Shown in pieces: positions 51,953-62,600 of a DNA stretch of 64,000 bases. The notes beneath the pieces are model-generated. The model was not told the DNA's origin. It saw only the letters and a program-made list of their open reading frames with translations, and searched no databases. Within the stretch, counting starts at the first letter, position 1. The number at the start of each line of letters is the position of its first letter. The position numbers were made by a program, and so were the translations under genes. The DNA comes from Auanema rhodensis (Eukaryota > Animalia > Nematoda). The stretch is taken from positions 26,474,001 to 26,538,000 of the forward strand of contig OZ059900.1 in the NCBI GenBank assembly GCA_964057225.1, given 5' to 3'.

Positions 51953-53576
51953 TGTATCTTGTTAGAATAAAATTATGCAAACTCTGAGAGGTAGTTATCC
52001 ATATTTCATTTTACACATTTATATTACACTTCATTGCAAGAACAGTCAGTTGTTTTATTGTCACGTAACAATGTTGCCAACACTCAACATTGTATCATAT
52101 TACAGCTGTCAACAGTAGCAGTTGCCAATCCGCTGTTAATAAATACGCATGTATTGTTGTGGTCAGCGCAACTGTTTCAACAATCTTATCGAATTAATCA
52201 TCGATATGTGTTCTTTGAGTTAGGGTATTAGAATATTAGTAATATACACACTAAAACTTTTTCTATATACTCTTCTTTCCAAGTAATTTGAGAATATTAG
52301 AAATCTTGATGCATATGCTATACAGCTATTTGTTATACTTTAATGAACAAGTGCTTTGCCATTTGGTTCATTGTAGGTCAACGTATCTGTTTCACCAATC
52401 TTATCGAATTGATATTCGATATGTGTTCCATTAACATTTTTGATACTAAAAACTATATACCCATGACCCCTTGGCATAGTAAGTATTCTTTAGCGTTATG
52501 GGTACTTGTGCTGTACAGCTATTTATCATATTTTTATGAACAAAACTTTTGCCATGTGGTACATGTGTGGGGCAGCGCACCTGTTTTAACGATGTTATCG
52601 AATTAATCTTCGATATGTGTTCCATTGGAAACAACACAATTGTTTGTGAATCTTATCGAATTAACCTTCGATATGTGTTTTATTGAGTTAGTATATTAGA
52701 ATATACTAATATAAAATTTTAAAAAAGGTTCTTTAAACTATTCTTTCATGTAATTTGAAAATATTAGACAACTTGGTACATGTGGTGTACAGCTATTTAT
52801 CATATTTTTATGAACAAAACGTTTGCCATGTGGTTCTTGTGTGGGTCAGTGCACCTGTTTTAACGATCTTATCGAATTAACCTTCGATATGTGTTCCATT
52901 AACTTTTGTATTTCATATCGTTCTTATCGAATTAACTTTCGATATGTGTTCCATTAACTTTTGTATTTCATATCGTTCTTATCGAATTAACCTTCGATAT
53001 GAGTTCCATTGATTAACCCATAAGAGGTACGCTGAACATATTGATTACCTTTTAAAAATATTTAAATAAATAAAAAACAATATATATGAGAAATAATTTA
53101 TTCAGTTTTAAACATACAATTAAAAAATATATAAATATTAAAATACATTTAAAAAGAAATATTATTAAAAACACATTTAAAAAGAAACAATTAAATAATA
53201 ATATTTACAAATACAATTTAAAATATATATAAATATTAAAAATACATTTAAAAAGAAATAAGTTTAAAAATATTTACAAATACAATTAACAAATATATAA
53301 ATAATAAAAATTCATTTAAAATAATACATTAAAAAATAATTTTAAAAAAAAAATCATGCATTTTGATCCATGCGCAGGCTCGAGAGCCTGCCTCGGGAGG
53401 AAAAGTATATTTTTGACAGCTGACGCCGAAAATATGATTTTGACAGCTGACGCCGAAAATATGATTTTGACAGCTGACGCCCCCAAAAGTATGATTTTAG
53501 CAGCTGACGCCCTCAAAAGTATGTTTTTAGCAACTGTTTGGGGGCGTGGTTAGTAAATTCGGCATGGCTCTCTACT
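50435..53576 (-). repeat. Right terminal inverted repeat (~3142 bp); carries the native pPolB 5' exons and upstream region
   Basis: Reverse complement of 39201-42346, with only a couple of visible SNPs and homopolymer length differences. Confidence 0.96.
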
Positions 53577-56211
53577 TGTGTTTCTGTGCTAACGAATTTT
53601 GTTTCATTGTTTTAATTGGCTAATTCTGAGTTGAATGAAATGTAGCACATTATTCTAGGACCAAAAATGAAAATTTTAGAATATTCAATTTTTCATAAAA
53701 ATAGAACGAAACAGCAAGTTGAGCCCGCCGCAAAACATGATAAATGTGTTTCTGTGGTAACGAATTTTGTTTCATTGTTTCAATTGGCTAATTCTGAGTT
53801 GAATGAAATGTAGCACATTATTCTAGGACCAAAAATGAAAATTTTAGAATATTTAATTTTTCATAAAAATCGAACGAAACAGCAAGTTGAGCCCGCCGCA
53901 AAACATGATAAATGTGTTTCTGTGCTAACGAATTTTGTTTCATTGTTTTAATTGGCTAATTCTGAGTTGAATGAAATGTAGCACATTATTCTAGGACCAA
54001 AAATGAAAATTTTAGAATATTTAATTTTTCATAAAAATAGAACGAAACAGCAAGTTGAGCCCGCCGCAAAACATGATAAATGTGTTTCTGTGGTAACGAA
54101 TTTTGTTTCATTGTTTTAATTGGCTAATTCTGAGTTGAATGAAATGTAGCACATTATTCTAGGACCAAAAATGAAAATTTTAGAATATTCAATTTTTCAT
54201 AAAAATCGCACGAAATAGCAAGTTGAGCCCGCCGCAAAACATGATAAATGTGTTTCTGTGCTAACGAATTTTGTTTCATTGTTTTAATTGACTAATTCTG
54301 AGTTGAATGAAATGTAGCACATTATTCTAGGACCAAAAATGAAAATTTTAGAATATTTAATTTTTCATAAAAATCGAACGAAATAGCAAGTTGAGCCCGC
54401 CGCAAAACATGATAAATGTGTTTCTGTGCTAACGAATTTTGTTCCATTGTTTAAATTGGCTAATTCTGAGTTGAATGAAATGTAGCACATTATTCTAGGA
54501 CCAAAAATGAAAATTTTAGAATATTTAATTTTTCATAAAAATCGAACGAAGCAGCAAGTTGAGCCCGCCGCAAAACATGATAAATGTGTTTCTGTGCTAA
54601 CGAATTTTGTTCCATTGTTTTAATTGACTAATTCTGAGTTGAATGAAATGTAGCACATTATTCTAGGACCAAAAATGAAAATTTTAGAATATTCAATTTT
54701 TCATAAAAATCGAACGAAATAGCAAGTTGAGCCCGCCGCAAAACATGATAAATGTGTTTCTGTGCTAATGAATTTTGTTTCATTGTTTTAATTGGCTAAT
54801 TCTGAGTTGAATGAAATGTAGCACATTATTCTAGGACCAAAAATGAAAATTTTAGAATATTTAATTTTTCATAAAAATCGAACGAAATAGCAAGTTGAGC
54901 CCGCCGCAAAACATGATAAATGTGTTTCTGTGCTAACGAATTTTGTTTCATTGTTTTAATTGACTAATTCTGAGTTGAATGAAATGTAGCACATTATTCT
55001 AAGACCAAAAATGAAAATTTTAGAATATTTAATTTTTCATAAAAATCGAACGAAATAGCAAGTTGAGCCGGCCGCAAAACATGATAAATGTGTTTCTGTG
55101 CTAACGAATTTTGTTCCATTGTTCAAATTGGCTAATTCTGAGTTGAATGAAATGTAGCACATTATTCTAGGATCAAAAATGAAAATTTTAGAATTATTAA
55201 TTTTTCATAAAAATCGAACGAAACAGCAAGTTGAGCCCGCCGCAAAACATGATAAATGTGTTTCTGTGCTAACGAATTTTGTTTCATTGTTTTAATTGGC
55301 TACTTCTGAGTTGAATGAAATGTAGCACATTATTCTAGGACCAAAAATGAAAATTTTAGAATATTTAATTTTTCATAAAAATCGAACGAAATAGCAAGTT
55401 GAGCCCGCCGCAAAACATGATAAATGTGTTTCTGTGCTAACGAATTTTGTTTCATTGTTTTAATTGGCTAATTCTGAGTTGAATGAAATGTAGCACATTA
55501 TTCTAGGACCAAAAATGAAAATGTTAGAATATTCAATTTTTCATAAAAATCGAACGAAATAGCAAGTTGAGCCCGCCGCAAAACATGATAAATGTGTTTC
55601 TGTGCTAACGAATTTTGTTTCAATTGTTTTAATTGACTAATTCTGAGTTGAATGAAATGTAGCACATTATTCTAGGACCAAAAATGAAAATTTTAGAATA
55701 TTTAATTTTTCATAAAAATCGAACGAAATAGCAAGTTGAGCCCGCCGCAAAACATGGTAAATGTGTTTCTGTGCTAACGAATTTTGTTTCATTGTTTTAA
55801 TTGGCTAATTCTGAGTTGAATGAAATGTAGCACATTATTCTAGGACCAAAAATGAAAATTTTAGAATATTCAATTTTTCATAAAAATCGAACGAAATAGC
55901 AAGTTGAGCCCGCCGCAAAACATGATAGATGTGTTTCTGTGCTAACGAATTTTGTTTTATTGTTTTGATTGGCTAATTCTGAGTTGAATGAAATGTAGCA
56001 CATTATTCTAGGACCAAAAATGAAAATTTTAGAATATTTAATTTTTCATAAAAATCGAACGAAATAGCAAGTTGAGCCCGCCGCAAAACATGATAAATGT
56101 GTTTCTGTGCTAACGAATTTTGTTTCATTGTTTTTATTGACTAATTCTGAGTTGAATGAAATGTAGCACATTATTCTAGGACCAAAAATGAAAATTTTAG
56201 AATATTTAATT
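53577..56211. repeat. 168-bp satellite array, block 3 (~15.7 monomers)
   Basis: Resumes in register after the Maverick TSD and shares rare variants (GAGCCGGCCG, GCTACTT) with block 2. Confidence 0.99.
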
Positions 56212-56610
56212 TGTAATATCCTTAAGTTGGATATTAATATTCCATGATTGACCCTTAGATTGATGTGTTGTAAAAGAAACAATAAGATTTGAGGAAGAGA
56301 GAAAGATTTATTATAAATAAAAAACATTTAAACAATAAACAAATAAAGATAAAGATAAGTCCGCCAACTGAAGATTCAGTTGAATGGCAAGCTTATATAG
56401 CGAATGTTATCAGCATTTTCCACGAAAGGTTATAAGTTGTCAATGACAATTATAACTATCTCAGAAAATGCTGAGGCTGCAAAATATAACTGATAACATA
56501 ATACACTAAGACAAGAAACTAGAATTATAAAATATAAAATATAAAACACAGAATAAAGAAATACATAAAAATTATAGAAAGAATAAAGTAAAGAATTATA
56601 AAGTATAACA
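56212..56610 (-). repeat. Putative 3' LTR (~399 bp) of element 2
   Basis: On the - strand it reads TGTTATA...TATTACA, starts 57 bp after the pol stop, and has a TATA-like CTATATAAG (~56392-56400) and AATAAA (~56308-56313). The partner LTR is outside the window, so the inner boundary is inferred. Confidence 0.75.
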
Positions 56611-56667
56611 TGCTACCGCTCTTGAAGTCCTGTGTCCTCACAGGTATGCATAATGTTTCCAAAATTT

Positions 56668-59600
56668 TCATAATGTTGCAGCAAGCTTTTTGATGAGATC
56701 CTTATGTACTTTTCTCATCTTTCCTTGACTCATTTCCAATTCCACATATGAGTTGTATACGCCTGTAATTTTGAACGGTCCATTATAAGTGGGTCGCAAT
56801 TTGCCGTGAACCGTCATATCCTTCAATAATACCATTTCACCTATTTCAAATATACGTGATGCTATTCGGTTACTATTATTCAGCCGATTTTGTTGTTCAA
56901 TTGATTTTAATTGAATTTTTTCTTGAATAGAATCCCAGGTATTTTTCCGGTTCTCATTTCTTTCCAATAATTCGTCATCTTCAGGAGAATTTAGATGAGG
57001 TTGTCCTGGTAATTGACGGTCCATAGGTAGGCGTGCGTCTCTTCCAAATAAAGCAATGTATGGGCTGATTCCGGTAGTTGTACTTGGGATTGTATTTAAC
57101 GCGAATGTGATTTTAGGTAATTGTGAGGCCCATTGAGAGACACGGTTTTCAGCACAAGTGGATAAACATTCCTGGATGGTTCGATGTAGTCGTTCCACTT
57201 GACCGTTTGTATTTTTGTGATATGGCAGAGAGAAGGTTTGTACAATTCCAAATTCGTTGCACATTAACTTGAATTCTTTAGATATAAAATTTCCTCCATT
57301 GTCAGACACGATGCTCACTGGTGGTCCAAAAATGAAGACGAAATTCGTCAGGAACTTTCGGACTGTTTCTTCGGCATTCTGTGTGCGTAAAGGTATGCTC
57401 GTTATCCATTTTGAAAAAGCATCTTGAATAGAAAGAATATATTTAAATCCATTAGTGCTAGGGGAAAAAGGTCCTGTCACATCCATATGAATCCTATCAA
57501 ATGGTTTTTGTGGGGTAACAAACTTTCCATATGGTTCTCTCGTTGTATCATGTTGATTTATTTTCCTTTTTGCGCATGTCAGGCATTGGCTGACGATCTC
57601 TTTCGCATCTTCCATCATATTTGTCCAATGGAATCTTCTTGATAATGCTGCATGTGTTCTTTTGATTCCTTGATGCGCTCCAATTCTTGCGTCTTCATGA
57701 AAAAGTTTCGCAAGTACTTGATTCAATGTCTTTTGTTTTGGAATCATAATCCTTGGAGAAAGATATTGTTTGTTAGGTCGAGCATGCAAAACTCCGTCGA
57801 TAACAATATATCTATCGCTATTAATCTGTTTAGGTTGTTCCGTTAACATATCAGCAATAGTTTCCTTAATCCATGGTGTTCCTTGTTGTAACTGAATTAG
57901 TTTGTCGGTATCCAGAGTTTCCACATTGGTTACATTTATGAGATAGTTGATGGTTTCTTGGATATCCGTTAAACTTGTTGTTAGCGTTGTCTTCTGTAGC
58001 TTCGGTTTAGGACCATCGTTAGCTTCGTTGCCTATGTATCTGGATAGTGCATCACATACACTATTCATACGTCCTGGACGGTACATAATCACAATATCAT
58101 ATTCCTGGATCATTAACTGATATTTCGCTAGTCTTCCAATAAGATCTCTTCTACTCATTAGACTGGTTAGTGGTCGATGATCCGTTATTAGCTTAGTTGA
58201 CGTGCCTAAAACATATGTGCGAAATTGTTGTAATGCGTAGACGAGTGCCAAAGCTTCTAATTCGATAGGTGGGTATTTTCTTTCTGTAGGTGAGAGCTTC
58301 CTACTTGCGAACGCAACAGGGTGTAATCCATTTCCTGTATCTTGTAGTAAGACTGCTCCAATTGCAATAGTACTAGCGTCACTTTCAATAACAAAAGGTG
58401 CTCCATTTGTTGGTGGCTTCAGAACTGGTGCTGTGCATAGAGCTTTCTTGAGAGTCTCGAATGCTTTTTCACGTTCTTCCGTCCATTCGAAATCTTGATC
58501 CTTGTGTGTGAGTTGATACAACGGTTCGGCTATTTTGGCGTAGTCTCTGATGAATCGCCGAAAATAATTTGTCATTCCAAGGAATGAACGAATAGCGGTG
58601 ACCGTTTTGGGAGTTGGAAATTTCTTAACGGCTGTAATTTTTGATGGATCAGGTTGTATTCCATCACGACCAATTATAAATCCAAGAAATTTAACTTGTG
58701 TAGCTGCAAATTTGCATTTACTTAGTTTTGCTTTCATTCCTAATCCTTGTAAAGCTTGTAACACTTCTTCTATATCCTCCAGATGTTGTTCAGCTGTGTT
58801 TGATATAATGAGTAGATCATCCAGATAAACAAAAAGTCGACATTTTACTTGATTTTGCAAATAGCGAACAGCTGATTGAAATGTATGTGGAGCTCCACAG
58901 AGACCCATCGGCATTCTGCAATATTGATAAACTCCTGATGAGGTCACAAATGCAGTGAGGTGACGGTCTTCTTCACGTAAAGGAATTTGAAAAAATCCCG
59001 ATACGAGATCGATGTTTGTGAAGTATCGAGCTCCTGCAGTGCTGTCGATTATTTCTGGTATATGAGGAATAGAATAAGTCTGTTTCTGTGTGACACTATT
59101 GAGTGCACGGAAGTCCGTTACAAAGCGGAATGAGTTGTCTTTCTTCTTGACTAAGACGACTGGACTTGTAAAACTTGATGTTGATGTTTCTATTACTCCT
59201 TGGTCCAGCATTTCTTTTACTTGACGTTCAACTTCATCCTGTTTACCCAAAGGAACTCGATATGATCGAGATTTGGGCAGGTCCATATCGGTTCTCAAAG
59301 TGATTGAATGTTCTATTGGTCCTTTGAATAATCCAATGTTCCGATCTTCGTTAAAAAAAGCATTTTTGAATCTTCTCAACATAGTTTTGAGATTTTGACG
59401 TTGATTTTTAGATAGATCCGTTGATTCGAAATTTAAGTTATCGAAAGGATTCTTCTCAAAAATAGGCAATTTATCTGACCAATCAGCTTCTGGTGGAATA
59501 TAGTCCGGTATATGTGGGATTCCAATTTCTTCTGCTATTTTTCCTTTTCCAATAATGGTGTTTCCTGTTAACTTCACCTCATAATTTGCTGTATTGATGG

Positions 59601-62600
59601 CGAATATTGTGAGTGGTGAAGTCTTGATAGCAGTAGGTGTGAATTGAATAGGTCCATTTCCACATCGTATAAGAGCGTATTGTTTTGGTTGTAGTTCTTT
59701 TGCCAATTGTAGACGAATCATAGCTTTAGTTCGGGGTGGAATAATAGATTCTCTAATGTTTATAATTGAAACGGTGTCTGAACTGATGCGAAAGCTCTTC
59801 TGGTTAGCGGATAATAATGGTAGAAAATGGTTTCCAACTATTAATTGCTTGCGTAGAGCTTGTAGAGAAGTTGTTATTCCTTTTTCTTCTAATGCTTTCA
59901 TGATGTCCAAACCAAGTAACATTTCAGTAGGACAATGTTTATCCTCAGAGATTAAAAATGTGTGTGAAAGATGGTATCCAGCAATAACAATGTCCAACGT
60001 TATTGTACCCAGAAAGTTGAATATTGATCCATTTGCTGCGGTGGCAGAGATTTTAGTTGAGTTGAAATTCTCTTTTCCTAAATAGCGTACTGATGATTCC
60101 TTCAAATATGAAACAGATGCTCCGCTATCCCATAAAGCTACGAGTCCTCTGCCTTCTGCTTCAATTCTTATATATGGGAGTTCTCTTTTGTTCGTTGCAC
60201 AGCATCCAACAAAAGGTATAATAATAGGAATAAAAGTGATGACAGTAGGAAAATATCTTCGAATAGTTTCGTCGTCGGCTGGAACATCGATGTCAGCGTT
60301 GAGTAGTTCGTGTTGTTCAACTGCATTCACATTTAAGATAGGAACTTTCTCTTTGATATAAGATACAACAATAATGTATAATGCTGATCCAAAGATTAAT
60401 ATAACTATCATAACACCTGCAGAGATAAACATTCTGTTGAGGGATCCAGCAAAGAAATCAACTCCTCGTTCCCATAGTGATGATGCAATATTTTGAGTAG
60501 AACTAAAAAGTTCGTTACTTTTTGTAAACCATTCTGATAAGCCTGGCAAATTCGCTTGATTCGTGATAACTCGTAGAAAATTTCTATGAGGATTGGTAGC
60601 GAAAATGTGTCCATATGTTAGGCTTATTGTTCTAACTAAGTTTTCATCGGTGATATTTTCATAAAGATTTCTTTGTGAAAATCGAATGGCTGCTAGATCG
60701 GGATACTGATCTGAACCAATGTTTAAAGCAATTACGTTTGTAACTCCGTTGAAGGATTTCCATTCTCCATCCTCTTTCCATATATCATTTTCTACTGTTT
60801 CACATGGAATTTCAGTTCCATATGCTTCCAAATCTGCTGAATCTTGAGGTGCAAAGTAGAGGCGGTCATCATCCGTGATGACGGGTGTTTCTAAATAACA
60901 CTTATCTTTGTATGTGTGGTTGCGATAAATGTGAATTGGTTCTATTGGCTGACAGGTTGAAACCCGAATAAGATTCCGTCCAATTATTCGAGCCACTATA
61001 TCATCTCGTTGCATAATAGATCTGATAGCAATCGTAGGATTGATATTAAATATAGCTTGCCATGTCTTAATAAGTTCAAGTTGAGCATGACATATGCTGT
61101 GATGTTGATGATGAAATTCTTCGACCAGTATGGTTCTCATTCGTTCAAATCCATAGTTGAGTTTGTTGATGGTAGTTAATGCATCTCGATGTCGAAGTAT
61201 AGTATTCTGGTGATCTGTTAAGTGAGTGCCGAATAATTCTTGAGCTTTCTCTATGCTTCCAATCATGGGTTGCATTGATGTCATCCCTTGAATAGTACTA
61301 ATTGTTTGTTTTGTAGTAGATGATGTATTTACAACAGGTTTTGAGGTAGCACTAAGAAATCGTGCAGTTGGTGTAGTTTTAGTGGTGATAGAGCGACTGA
61401 ATACTCTTTTTGTAATCTCTTCAGGTGCTGGTTTTGAAAACCATGACATTAAATCAGTTAATTGTTTAGCGTCAATATTGATGTTACGGCTGTAGAGATC
61501 TTCTTTATTCGAAGGCATCGGTATTCCAAAAATGGTTTCTCGGTTTCTGAGTGTCCAGTTATCCAACAGCTTTAATTTCATTTCATATACTTGATCTTTC
61601 ACTTGTCGTTGCATAAAATGACTATGAAAGAACAGTTTCATTCGATAATATTCTATCAGTTGAGGTTGAGAATACTGATAGCGTAGTTCACGAAGTAATT
61701 CTTTTGCTTTATATACCACAGAACGTGGATCTCCAAATGTGAAGTTGAGATGGTTTTGATATACTGTGAATATCAAAAATTCGAGTGGTGGCACATATTC
61801 TGTTTCGGATAAGATTGCAGGTATTTGTATCAATTCCCATAATTTATCTCTTGCAACCGAAATTGTAGAATTGCCTGGTTTAACTATTCTTTTTATATAA
61901 TTGATAGGAAGTCGGTGTGCTAGTTGACCGATGACAAAACTAGGCTCCATTTGTTCGATCCACATTTTTGTAATCATCTTGCTTTCTTCTCCTCCTAGAG
62001 CATGTAGTAAGAGAATATTCGGATCGCGGAAGTCTTTTAAATTTGCCCAGTAATCTATAGTATGATCAGTAATGTTCAAAATATGGACAGCTGACAGCAA
62101 AAATTGATGATATCGAGCAATAACAGTCAGGTTCTGATATTCGTTGCTAACTGATTGATAGTGATACCAGTTATGAATATATCGTATGGTATTTCCGCCA
62201 GACGTGACAGTATATCTAGCAAACGGTAGATCCAATATTTGAATAGGAGTTAACTTATATTCCATTTCTGAGCGAAATGACGCAATTAAGGATGAATTTG
62301 TTGAACGTTTATAGCGTTGGCGTGAAGGATCCATTTGATTATCCAAATAACTTGTTAGATCCAGTAAAGAATATGCATGCGGATAATCAATAAACGAGAC
62401 AAGAGTCTCAGTAGTGGATTCGAAAATTGGTGAAGAAAAACAAGATTGAGTTGTAGTAGATGCTGAGGTGTTGGCTAAGACAAGTGCTGTTTCTAGACTT
62501 GATATTAGCAGTGTTTGATCTCCAAGTATTCCATACAGAGGTCCAATACGTGTGTATTGGCATGGTGCTCGGGGTGTGGGTGGTTTCCAAACTACTGAAC

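Larger units (their letters stand above)
39201..53576. mobile_element. Maverick/Polinton element (14,376 bp); non-autonomous derivative lacking integrase and ATPase
   Basis: AGTAGAGAG...CTCTCTACT termini; 6-bp TSD TGTGTT (39195-39200 and 53577-53582); long TIRs; pPolB, double jelly-roll-type capsid, adenain-like protease and minor capsid fragment. Confidence 0.96.

Noticed and set aside
39201-53576. Integrase, packaging ATPase or fusogen genes hidden by introns in the Maverick
   Set aside because: The unique region (42347-50434) is fully occupied by the identified genes, and I saw no DDE or Walker A motifs in the TIRs.
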